Below are positions 25,989 to 37,422 of a stretch of DNA of 64,000 nucleotides, piece by piece. The stretch comes from Felis catus (Eukaryota): assembly GCF_018350175.1 (NCBI RefSeq), contig NC_058368.1, positions 66,280,001 to 66,344,000 on the forward strand, in the 5' to 3' direction. Within the stretch, counting starts at the first letter, position 1; every line of letters starts with the position of its first letter. The notes beneath the pieces were generated by a model. It did not search any database, was not told where the DNA came from, and was given only the letters and a program-made list of their open reading frames with translations. Made by a program: the position numbers and the translations under genes.

Positions 25989-27641
25989 TAACTGGTTCTG
26001 TTTCTTAATGGTAGGTTGGCTGACTGTGCAGAAGGAACCAGCACGATGTAGTAGAGAAAGCCTGTTTGAAGACAGAACTGGACAATGGTCACAAGTCTGC
26101 CAGGGTGTCCAGTCAAATCACTAGACCCCTCGTGTCACTGGGACTGGGTGACCTTCTCTGTAAGATAAAGGGGTCGTGTCAGAAATTGTCCTCTTTCAGT
26201 AAGGGTTTATGACCTCGTGGATGATGATGGAATCAAACCTTCAGTATTCATTTTGTTGGTAAATGAAAGGACTCTCCTCTCCACAAAGATAACAATAAGC
26301 ATACTGTAATAATAAGCGTTTAGTGTGCTACGTGCCTAGTTCCATCTAACCCCCACGGTGACATAGGAAGAGCCCCCATGATAACAGAGGACACCAGGAT
26401 CACAATGGTTAAGCAATTTGCCCAGGGTCGCGGAGCCTATGACTCGAAGTGAATGCTTTTATAAGTTTGTCAGGGACAATTGAGGATCACGGTGCCCACA
26501 CTGAAAGAACTGGGGCCCCAAAGGAGGCTTAAAGAAAAACTTAACTGCAGCAAAGAAGGAAGGAGAAAAATCTTAGGGCAAAAATACTCTATCTTTATCA
26601 TTTATGCTTTCTCTTTCGATATTTTTAAAAGTGGTGAAACACTTGTAATTTTAATAACAAAATAGTAAGTAAGCACATTGATGCTATTTGAGCATTTTCA
26701 ATACTTGGTATAATGGATAGAGAAAGAGAGAACAGAGATTTTGGTCAAAGGGATGTTGTTTGCACTGAATGATTTGCTTTTCTTCTTTGGGTTCTTGTTT
26801 CCTAAACAATAAAACCAACTGGTTGGTCCAAATCAATCCACTAGATACCAGAACCCTCTGGAGGCACCAAGAATGTAAAGATAAGTATAGTTCTTCTGTG
26901 AAAGAGATCTTTAAGAATTCTTTACCCTTTAATCCTGTGATTCATCATCAAGGCAAAGATTGTTGGGTTGATGTGAATTTTTTTAACGTTCCTAGCTACA
27001 AATGACATAAAAAATTATTCATATGAAGAACCAGCAATAAAAATTTGAATAAAGGATTATGGTTGGTAGTATACACTTTGATGTCCATCAAGTTCATGAT
27101 TTACAAAGCCCACTCTTTCTGGCTCATGATGTAACTAAACATCTCAAAGATATAATACAGAATTGAGATGATGCTTGCGTGAATATATTACATTTTATGA
27201 AATGCAATGCATCATTCTACTAACAAGAAACCAACATCTGAAAATGAGTCCTGGAAATTCCAATGTCTGTACTGTGCTGGGAGTACTGGAGAATGTTTCC
27301 CACAATTTGCATTTTCTTTTACAGTGTAGAAGCAAAATAAACCTCTTTGTTTGCATTGGTTTCCGAATTAAATTAGTTTGTATATTTGTTCTCTCCTCCT
27401 CTTCCTGGATTTGGTTTCAAAGTAAACAGTGATCTTCATTAAATTCTCTTTTATTTGGCTTAAGTTATTTAGTTACTGTAATTATTCTGGGTGACTGTCC
27501 CTGCCTTATTTGGTATCAAATATCTGTGCACTATTTTAAACTGCATTTAATTGGTTCATTTCCATTTTCTATTATTTACCCCACTTTGTGGTATTGATTT
27601 CTGTAGCTAGATCTGACTCCTGTTGTTGTCTTCTTTGTCTT

Positions 27642-27665
27642 TTGTTGTTGTTGTTGTTGTTGTTG
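27642..27665. repeat. (TTG)n microsatellite
   Basis: About 8 TTG units. Confidence 0.9.
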
Positions 27666-28200
27666 TCGTTTAATGGACCTAAACACCGCACAGGCTTGGC
27701 AAAATAAGAAAAAAAAAAAAAGATCATTAATTTGGTATTTAGTGGATGTGGACAAATTGCCAGGAAGAAACACATATGACATTTATCACAGAGATTGTTT
27801 TCAAAGTTAATGGCAAACTTGGACTCGAGAAACAACAGGAATTGCTTTGTTTGGTAAAAGCCAAATATGTCAACTTTTTTTTTTTAGATTAACCTAGGAA
27901 TGACCTCTGACAGAAAGGAAACCAGCCATACTTTTCAATTTCAAGCTAAAAGATCTAAAAAGTTATTCTACCTAATAAAAAAGTACAATAAGATTCTGAA
28001 TTCCCACAGAAACTCTTCATCTACCTTATAACACATCAAAAGCCAGCAAGGGGCTATTTATCCTCCAGGCCAGCGCTAATAAAGTTTTGCAGGCATTTGT
28101 GATGGTGCACATGGCAGGGGAACAGACAGACAGACAGAGTCTTAAGGCAAAGAGGAGGGCAGCAAATTAGCTTTTAAGTTTCTAGAAGAAAATAGAGTTG

Positions 28201-28427
28201 TTTTTTTTTAATTTTTTTTTCAACGTTTATTTATTTTTTTGGGGGACAGAGAGAGACAGAGCATGAACGGGGGAGGGGCAGAGAGAGAGGGAGACACAGA
28301 ATCGGAAACAGGCTCCAGGCTCTGAGCCATCAGCCCAGAGCCTGACGCGGGGCTCGAACTCACGGACCGCGAGATCGTGACCTGGCTGAAGTCGGACGCT
28401 TAACCGACTGCGCCACCCAGGCGCCCC
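28201..28427 (-). mobile_element. Very young felid Can-SINE (SINEC_Fc-like)
   Basis: CpG-rich. Reverse complement reads ggggcgcctgggtggcgcagtcggttaagcgtccgacttcagccaggtcacgatctcgcggtccgtgagttcgagcc. Confidence 0.96.
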
Positions 28428-28569
28428 AGAGAGTTTTTAAAAACTGTTCCAATAATTTATTTAACAAATGATGATTTCACAACTCCAGATCCCAATTTTT
28501 CTAGGGTTTGGGACTACAGACAACAAAGATGAAGTCTGTGCCTTCTTGCTGTCCAGAATACAGTAATCA

Positions 28570-28787
28570 GGGGCACCTGGATGGCTCAGTCGGTTAAGTG
28601 TCCACCTTCAGTTCAGGTCACGATCTCATGGTTTGTGGGTTCGAGCCCTGCATCAGGCTCTGTGCTGGCAGCATGGGGCCTGCTGGGATTCTCTGTCACC
28701 CTCTCTCTCCACCCCTTCCCCACTCATGTTCTCTCTCTCCCTCTCTCCCTGTCTCTTTCTCTCTCTCTCTCTCAAAAATAAATAAAC
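28570..28787 (+). mobile_element. Can-SINE
   Basis: SINEC head, CT-rich region, aaaataaataaa tail. Confidence 0.94.
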
Positions 28788-28879
28788 ACCAATCAGATAA
28801 GAGTGGTAGTTCAAAGATCAATGGCAACTAGTGAGAGGAAATGGTGATTCATGTCACCAAAGAGCTGATGTCTTTAACG

Positions 28880-29330
28880 TATTTATTTTTACAAAAAATA
28901 ATTCTTTATATCAAAATGAAAAAGTAATCCAACAGAAAAATAAGTGAATGAAGAATATGAAGAGAAAAATGCGGTATTAAACATATTAAAGGATGTTCAA
29001 TCTTATAATGAAGGAAATTCAAGTCAAAACCACACTGAGATGCCAGTTTCTTACCCTATCAGATTGGCAAACAGCCAACTGTTTGATCTTAACAACATCT
29101 AAGAGTTTGAGACCTAGAAAACCAGACACTGTTGTGTATTGCTATCAGGAATGTAAACAGGTACAGTCTTTACAGAGAGAACTTTGGCATTGTCAAAATT
29201 TTAAATGCCAAAATATATTTGACCTAGCAGTTGAACTCCTAAGATTTTATCCAACACAGTTATTTGCACATATGTTGAATGAATCTTGTGCAAGGATACT
29301 CACTGTGGCATTATTTGTAACAGCAGGAAG
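28880..29330 (+). mobile_element. Ancient L1 (L1M-type) ORF2 3' fragment
   Basis: Degenerate KEIQVKTTLRCQFLTLSDW peptide; gacctagcagttgaactcctaagattttatcc...cactgtggcattatttgtaacagc. Confidence 0.7.
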
Positions 29331-30267
29331 CCACGGGACATGTTCAGTGGTGAGAAGTGAATTTGCAATGAGGGATGAAGTCTGGTTACCAATCTCTTTT
29401 CAGACTTGAACCTTTGGAAGTTCTCCAGCAGATAAAATGAGAACAAGGCAACATATAGAATAACTAGTCGGCCATCAATTTCAGGAGGGATTGCATGTGT
29501 GGGGGACGTTGGTGACAATGTCGATGTCATTTTCAGAGTTCTGATGGAATGCTGAGAAGGGAGTCCTGTACATGGGGCAGGAGCACCATGGGTGGTAGTG
29601 GACAGGGCTGCTAAGGCCAGGCTAAGAGGTCCCGACTTTCTCCTAAAGTCCATGGCAACCTTTAGAACAAGGCAGTGACCTCATCTGATTTGCACTTTTA
29701 AAGACAGTTCTGCTAGCCACGTCTGAGGAGAGATGACAGAGTAGCAAAGGCAGAAGTAGGGATCGTGATCAATGTAAAAAGTCAGAAGTGCAGTCCAGAG
29801 AGGGGGAAATAGTCTCTGTTTGGGATTCTTATGAATCAGAATTCTAAAAGTGAAAATGTCTTTCCTATAGAATTGCCTTAAAAACCAAAAACAAAAACTA
29901 CAAGAAAAAAAGAAAAGCCCCTCTGAGAAGGGTGTGGCCCTTATGACCAGAAAGAGCACGTACTCTCTACCCTGGCGTGGCCACCCTTTTCTGAGTATCC
30001 AGCTCAGGTCTACCTGCCTCTGGATCCCTGTCGCCTCTAGCTCTGCCCTTTCCAGGCCTCTCCAGAAACACATTCCTGTCCAAGATCTCATGAGCATTTT
30101 AATTAATCGATTTGGCAAGAGCAAAGGACGTGTATACTCAATGTGCCTGTTTCCAGGAGCCACAGAAAGCAAAGCTTTCTAATTACATCTATCCCATGGG
30201 CATAAATGAGCACATACATGTATGTTGAAGCTGGTTTTTTTGTTTTCTTTTAATGAATAACTAGATG

Positions 30268-30482
30268 TGGGACCACCTGGGTGACTCAGTCAGTTGAGCG
30301 CCCGACTCTCGGGTTCAGCGCAGGTCACGATCTCACATTTTGTGAGTTCGAGCCCCCCATCAGGCTCTAAGCTGACAGCAGGGAGCCTGCTTGGGTTTCT
30401 CTCTGTCTCTGTCTCCACCCCTCCCCCACTTGTGCTCTCTGTCTCTCTCAAAATAAGTAAATAAACTTAAAAAAAAATTTTT
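30268..30482 (+). mobile_element. Can-SINE
   Basis: TSD ttttaatgaataact(a/g)gatg at 30248-30267 and 30483-30502. Confidence 0.94.
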
Positions 30483-30828
30483 TTTTAATGAATAACTGGA
30501 TGCCAGTGAATGAATTTACCAGGGTACCTTTAATATTTCTTGATTTTATTATTATTTTTTTAATTCTTTTTTCTGCTTCTCAGTGGGGAAAATATCTTGG
30601 TTAAGCTAAAACACTGGTGCATCAGATGGAAGAGGGAGAGCATTACTTGTGAAAAAAAATGGTCACTATGGAATTCCTATGAAACTATAAAGTAAATTGT
30701 GCTTATAGATTTCATTTTTCAAAAAGTAGATTATTAAGACAAATGTAAAAGATTTAAAGAGAACTTTGAAATGAAGTTTTTATCTTAATTCAGATTTCCC
30801 TCAAAGGGAAAAAAATTGTTTAAAAAAA

Positions 30829-30850
30829 TTTTTAATGTGTTTTTTATTCT

Positions 30851-30897
<47 letters not shown>

Positions 30898-31067
30898 AGC
30901 ACGAGCAGGGGAGGGGCAGATGGAGAGAGGGACACAGAATCGGAAGCAGGCTCCAGGCTCTGAGCTGTCAGCACAAGAGCCCGATGCAGGGTTCGAACCC
31001 ACGAACCGTGAGATGGTAACCTGAGCCGAAATCGGACGCTTGACGGACTAAGCCACGCTGGAGCCCC
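30829..31067 (-). mobile_element. Can-SINE with expanded (GA)n
   Basis: Reverse SINEC body with about 20 GA units. Confidence 0.94.
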
Positions 31068-31789
31068 TTAACTGAATTTTCAAGGTCATTTCTACTCTAT
31101 CATTATTTAGGAAAAGCCTGGTAACACCTCATTTGAAAATAAAAGCTTTCTCTTCCTGTCTCCTCTAAAACATTTTGAAAATCACTCCCTTCTACATTAA
31201 AATCCGTAGCATTCAGCAAGATCATTTCGGATGTTACATCTCCTTTTCTCAAGAAATAAATTAAAAATATTTATCTGATCGTATGAAATCCTACTTAATA
31301 TTTATATCCTAGAGGAGTGTAAACATTCAACAGTCCCTGCAGCAAGACAGGTTTTAATCCAGTGCCATCCAGAGATCAGAGATAACGTCCAGCTCCTGTG
31401 TCAGAGTTCTTGCTCTTCATAAAGTCAAATACTTAGAAAAAAATCAGAGTATTTACCTTTTGCCAAGCCTGCTGCCTCTCTGTCTCATGCTCACCTCCCA
31501 GGAGAAAAGTATATCCTGATGTGAGGCTAGCTGATGTGTATTTGGGGGCCCTTAGTGCTCTGTAGGCTTAGAGCAAGGTTTTTTGTTTTTGTTTTTTGTA
31601 TGTTCCCTGGAGGACAATATTTATTTTTTCTTGATCATTCCAGTGTTTGTAAACCGGGGTTATATCATAGGTGTTAAGTTTGTCAAATATAAATTGGCTA
31701 GAATTCTGAATATTTAGGTCCTGTCAAACAAATACTGGGAAAATATCTGAATATTTTATAAATATTGTCATGTGGCTGCAACCACATAC

Positions 31790-32630
31790 GCAACCTGGTT
31801 TCCTGTTGTCACAAATTAATGGCCCCCAATTTAACAGCTTATAATAATAATTGTATTATTACAGATCAGGAATTTTAGTCAGAAGATCAGCTGGCTGATT
31901 CTTCTGCTCCACATGGTGCTGACCGGGGTCACTAGATGGTAAATCAACTGGGAGAGGAGTCTGGAAGGTCCTAGACCACCTCCCTCATGTGTCTGGCACC
32001 ACGGCAGGTGTCTTAGCCCCATAGGGGCTGCTATAACAAAAATGCCACAGACTGTATGGTCTAAACAGCAAACATGTATTTCTCACACTTCTGGAGGCTG
32101 AGAGATCCTAGGTCAAGGCACCAGGAGATTTGGTGTCTGGTGCGAGACTGCTTCCCTTCATATGCGCCCGTCTTCTCAATGTGCCCTCACATGACGGAAG
32201 GGACAGGGAGCTCTCTGAGGTCTCTTTTATAAGGGCACTAATACATTCATGAGGGCAGAGCTCTCATGACCTAATCGCTTCCCAAAGGCCCCACCTCCGA
32301 ATAGCATCATCTTGGGGATTAGGTTTCAACATATGGATTTGGGGGGGACACAGACATTCTGCCTGCAGCAGCAAGGGTGGCTGGAAATCTGGGCCCAGCT
32401 GCGACTGTCACCATGAGCAGTCCAGCATGGTGATCTCAGAGTAGAGTCTCATAAGACACAGAAACCGGAAGCTACAGTGTCTTCGGTATCAGTCTAGAAA
32501 TTGGCAATGTCCTTTCTACTATGTGCTATCAGTGACAGTAGTGACAGAGCCCACCCAGATTCAAGGGGATGGGACTAAACCCCACCTCTCAATAGGAAGG
32601 GCATCAAAGACTTCGTAGTTATCATTAATT
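31790..32630 (-). mobile_element. Older MaLR LTR (MLT1G/H-like) interrupted by an MLT1A-like LTR
   Basis: gatcaggaatt...cagctggctgattcttctgctccacatgg...catgtgtctggca before the insert; gtggctggaaatctggg...gagcccacccagattcaagggg...ccccacctctcaataggaag after it. Confidence 0.7.
32009..32370 (-). mobile_element. MLT1A-like solo LTR (362 bp, TG...CA)
   Basis: TGtcttag...gctgctataacaaaaatgccacagactg...ttaggtttcaacatatggatttggggggacacagacatt...agCA. 5-bp TSD gcagg / gcaag. Confidence 0.88.
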
Positions 32631-33292
32631 GGTAGAGCTTGACATCATGAGAAAATAACACAGTCTTTCATCTCAGCAGTGAACTCATCCGTCACAAAGC
32701 AGCTGTTATCAAAACATTGATTTGGCATACCAAAGAGCTATACATCTTAAAGTCATCTGTGTGCCTCTTACTTTCTTACAACTCACGTCAATTGCCGTCA
32801 ACGCTTCCACCAAAATATCTTGTAAGTTGGTCCTCTCTTTTCCACTTCCGCCCAGAGGTGGTGCCTTGTATGAGCTAACCTTTGCGGACAGCTGAGTATG
32901 TATGTGCCAGACATTGAACTAACAACTTTACTATTTCATTTGGTTCCTCTTGCCACTACTATCAGGTAGACATTGTCATCACCTCTACTTCATAGATGAG
33001 CAAGATGGGACTCTGGGACGTGCGTTATGTCTCCGGCACTTAATAGATGGTCCTAGATGGAAACACAGGCACCTGCCTCCATCTAATCAGAATCAGGTGT
33101 CCTCATTTGTAACAGAAATGTCTGCACTTACTTGAGCAAAACACCTTGGCCTGGAGGTGTGGTGTTACCTGCAGCCTGGCTCTTCACCTTTGGATGAGCA
33201 CCGGGTTGAGCTGCTATGCAAGCCCCCTGTGTGCTCTCACGGAGTCGCCTTATCTCTGTGTGCCTCGGAAACTCAGGCTGCAATACCAGTTA

Positions 33293-33477
33293 TTTTTTTT
33301 TAATGCTTACTTATTTATTTGGTGGGGGGGGAAGGGGGAGGAGCAGAGGGAGAATCTTAAGCAGGCTCCGCACTCAGTGCAGAGCCCGATGTGGGGCTCG
33401 ATCTCACAACCATGAGATCATGACCTGAGCTGAAATCAAGAGTCAGACACTTAACTGACTGAGCCACCCAGGTGCAC
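33293..33477 (-). mobile_element. Can-SINE
   Basis: Reverse SINEC; TSD ataccagt(t/a)attttt. Confidence 0.92.
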
Positions 33478-33577
33478 TGATACCAGTAATTTTTAACTCA
33501 TCTAAACTTAATCTGTATTTGGAAATGAAGGTTTTGTATACTGTTTGAACAAGACAACAGTCCTTTGTTTAAAGACA

Positions 33578-33792
33578 GGGGCACCTGGGTGGCTCAGTCG
33601 GTTAGGCATCTGACTTGGGCTCGGTCATGATCCCACAGTTCGTGAGTTCAAGCCTCGCATCAGGCTCTGTGCTGATGGCTCAGAGCCTGGAGCCTGCTTC
33701 AGATTCTGTGTCTCCCTCTCTCTCTGTCCTTCCCCTGCTCACACTGTTTCTCAAAAAAGGAATAAATATCAAAAAAAAATTAAAAAAAAAAA
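33578..33792 (+). mobile_element. Can-SINE
   Basis: ggggcacctgggtggctcagtcggtt head and poly(A) tail. Confidence 0.94.
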
Positions 33793-34509
33793 GAGAAACA
33801 AAACTTGGATGACACAGGAGATATGTGCAGAAGGATTGGCTGATCATTAGCTGACATGATAGTCCTGCCCCGGTTTAATTGGCAATAGATAACAGCTCAA
33901 GAACACAGTTAAAAATAATGTTCCAAATATTCCAAAATGTAAAAGGCACAGAGATAATTAAGACAGCGTAGGATGGCAGCCTCTGGAGTAAGTGATGGCC
34001 ATGTTGTGGCTTAATTGATTGCAGAGGAACTTACGAACGACTGCCTTGGTGTCACAAAAGTAGTGGGAGGGGAGAGAGGCATGTCTTCCTTCAACCCCAA
34101 AAAAGAGGGAAGGTTCTTCTGACACCTGGAGAGCTTAACTAATGACTGCCTTGCCCAGCTGGTGGGAGGCAAACCAGTCAAGCAGGGATGCTCTTGGCTG
34201 CTCATACCCTCTCACCACCTGAGGTCGGGGGCCCCCGGGAGAGTGGCCATTCACTCCCAGGCCTACGCATTGTCCCAGGACTGGATAGCTCTAGCTTTCC
34301 ACTGCCACTTTCTCATTCTGTAATGTAGCTAAACTAGACTCCTAAATACAGGAGGTATAAGCATGACGCTTTGTAGTGGAAATGCAAAACACTCAGAAGA
34401 GTTTTCTGCAAAGCTTTTTCTTTTGTGGCCCTGGGGAATCCTGTCATGTATATTTAGAATGAAAAGGGGAACTGGGCACAGGGATGACTGTATCTTAAGG
34501 AGACATGTG

Positions 34510-35578
34510 TTTTTGTTTTGTTTTTGTTTTCATTGAGATATAATTGACATGTAACATTGTATTGGCCAAGGTGTACCACATAATGATTACATACATATAT
34601 ATATACACACACATATATATATGATTACATGTGCGTGTATAGATAGATAGATAGATGATCACACAATAAGTCTATTTAACATCCGTCATGATACATAGTC
34701 ACATATTTTTTTCTTGTGATGAGAACTTTTAAGATCTACTCTCTTAGCTGGGTGCCTGGGTGGCTCAGTTGGTTGAGTGTCTGACTTCATTCAGCTCAGG
34801 TCATGATTTCACCACTCATTGAGTTTGAGCCCCATATCAGGCTCTGTGCTGACAGCCCAGAGCCTGGAACCTGCTCGGGATTCTGTGTGTGTGTCTCTCT
34901 CTGCTCCTCCCCAACTCGTGCTCTGTCTCTCTCTGTGTGTCTCTCTCTCTCAAACATAAACTTTAAAAAAAATGTTAAGATCTATTCTCTCAGCATCTTC
35001 CAATGTGCAAAACCATATTGTTCACTATAGTCATCATGCCTTACATTATTACATCCCCAGGACTTATTAACTGAAAGTTTATACCCTTTTTACCTCTTTC
35101 ACCTATTTGTCCCACCTACTAATTCCTGCCTCTTGCAACCACCAGCCAGTCCATTCTCTGTATCTATGACTTCGTTTTTTGTAGGTTCCACATATAACTG
35201 AGATCATACAGTATTTATCTTTCTCTCTCTGACTTATTTCACTTAACATAATGCCCTCTAGGTCCATCCAGGTTGTCACAAATGACAGAATTCCTTTCTT
35301 TCCCATGGCTGAATAATATATATCATCTTTTTCCACTCACCTGTTGATGGACAGTTCCATTGTTTCCATGTGTTGGCCATTATAAGTAATACTTCAGTGA
35401 ACATGGGGGTGCAAATATCTTCTCAAGTTGGTGATTTTATTTCCTAGAAATGAGATTGCTGGAGCATATGGTAGTCCTATTTTAAACTTTTTGAAGGAAA
35501 CTCCATAGTATTTTCCACAGTGGCTGCACCAATTTATGTCCTCACCAACAGTGTAAAAGTATTCCCTTTTCTCCACCT
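34510..35578 (-). mobile_element. L1 3' fragment (ORF2 end and 3' UTR) carrying a nested SINE and TA/GATA repeats
   Basis: Minus-strand peptides FVTTWMDLEGIMLSEISQREKDKYCMIS and KFKIGLPYAPAISFLG; T-rich tail at about 34510-34530. Confidence 0.9.
34750..34974 (+). mobile_element. Can-SINE nested in the L1
   Basis: TSD ttaagatcta(c/t)tctct(t/c)agc at 34729-34748 and 34975-34994. Confidence 0.94.
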
Positions 35579-35796
35579 CTGTAGTTGATCAGCACAATAA
35601 TAATTACTATTCTTTTTTATTATTATTATTTTGGTAAAAAACACATAACATAATATCTACTCTGTTAAATTTTTAGGTGTAAAATATAGTAGTGTTAACT
35701 GTATGCACGTTACTACTCTTAATGATGATTCTGAGGTTTTGAGCCAATCTACATTGGCTTTTGAGTCTTCAAAGGAGAATTTAATTTACTTAGTAA

Positions 35797-36203
35797 TTAT
35801 ATGTATATAATTAGTATATATTAGTTTATATATGTAATATATACTAACATATATATAAGGTATATAAACTAGTGTGTGTATATACGTGTGTATTTGTATA
35901 TATATTTGCATACGTATATGCAAATATATGTATATAATGTGTATATATGTACATATACATATGTATATGTATATGTATGTACATGTACATATATATACAT
36001 ATACATATGTATATATGTGCATATATACATATATGTATATGTACATATATACATATGTATATGTATGTGTATGTACATATATATTATATATGTGTGTGTA
36101 TATATATGTATATGTATATATATACATGTATATGTATATATATGTATATATATGTATATATGTATATGTATAATATATGTGTGTGTGTATATATATATGT
36201 ATA
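35797..36203. repeat. About 400-bp degenerate (TA/TG/CA)n alternating purine-pyrimidine tract
   Basis: Mosaic of TATATG, TACATA and TGTA units; source of several spurious Y/I/C/M-rich ORFs. Confidence 0.95.
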
Positions 36204-36321
36204 ATTAGTAATAGCCTAAACCACATAACTTAAAGTAGCATATTTTAATTGCTGATCTAAAGTAAAAGAAAAATAGACACCCACCTACATCAAAAATGTA
36301 TCATCTTAAATTAGCTCTTAT

Positions 36322-36536
36322 GGGGCGCCTGGGTGGCGCAGTCGGTTAAGCGTCCAACTTCAGCCAGGTCACGATCTCGCGGTCCGGGAGTTCGAGCCCC
36401 GTGTCGGGCTCTGGGCTGATGGCTTGGAGCCTGGAGCCTGTTTCCGATTCTGTGTCTCCCTCTCTCTCTGCCCCTCCCCCATTTATGCTCTTTCTCTGAC
36501 CCAAAAATAAATAAACGTTGAAAAAAATTAAAAAAA
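36322..36536 (+). mobile_element. Very young felid Can-SINE (SINEC_Fc-like)
   Basis: Intact A box (tggcgcagtcgg) and B box (gttcgagcc). Perfect 14-bp TSD AAATTAGCTCTTAT at 36308-36321 and 36537-36550. Confidence 0.96.
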
Positions 36537-37263
36537 AAATTAGCTCTTATAAAAAACTAAATGAGTTGCAATAAAGAATGGAAATATAGGAGCAGCCAAT
36601 TTGAGTGTAGGTGACCATTAGGTTATGTTTAATATACAGGATCATCAACTGGGCTGCCTTTTCCCAAGGCCACAAAGGCAAATGATCAGGAGTGGTTCAC
36701 CCTGAGCATTTTTATCATGATTAGAGTCTAAAAAGAGGAGATAAGTTTGCAGACCCAGAAACCTAACAGGCATGCACTATGGCGGGAAAGGAACAGGGAA
36801 CAAAAAGATGGAAGTCACCAGAGAGAAACAGCTCTACTTTATGATAGGACCCCATAATTTCAAACTGTCACACTAAAATAAGTCCTTAGCATCCAGTCTG
36901 AACACTGGTCCTTATTACCCAGAGCACAATGGCTCTCAGATTTTCAGGAGAGCCTACAGTATCACTGTCTCAAGTCAGCCCATTCATGTCAGATGAATAT
37001 ACCTAGAGAGACCGACCAGTACTCTTTGTATTATGATTTGTGCAGATACTTATGTAAAACACACAGTTAACGATCCCTTAACTGATCCCTTAAGGATCAG
37101 TTTCTTTCATTTCACGTTGTGAGTAACTCCATAGGGCCAATTCTTTTTCCTGTACAAGGATTCTTGCTTCTTCTAGCAGGATATACCCATCTAGAGAAAC
37201 TTGGTCATTCGTCATAAAAAATCATCATCAAAAAACCTATTAGAAAGCTAAGGGTAAAGGGGA

Positions 37264-37422
37264 TTTTTTTTTTTAAGAGAGAGAGAATGCACTTGAATGG
37301 GGGAGGGGCAGAGGGAAAGAGAGAGAGAATCCCAAGCAGGGCTCAATCCCACAACCTTGGGATCATGACATGAGTCAAAATCCAGAGTCAGACACTTAAC
37401 AGACTGAGCCACCAGGCGCCCC
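37264..37422 (-). mobile_element. Can-SINE, internally shortened
   Basis: Reverse SINEC ends; TSD taaagggg. Confidence 0.88.

Noticed and set aside
27572..27835. PolyQ/polyN-containing ORFs
   Set aside because: Produced by a (TTG)n microsatellite read on the minus strand.
29681..30172. 163-aa minus-strand ORF
   Set aside because: No recognisable homology, a low-complexity F-rich part from an A-rich tract, and a non-ATG start; consistent with chance.
35786..36226. Five overlapping ORFs of 69-146 aa rich in Y/I/C/M/H
   Set aside because: Artefacts of a stop-poor alternating TA/TG/CA repeat.
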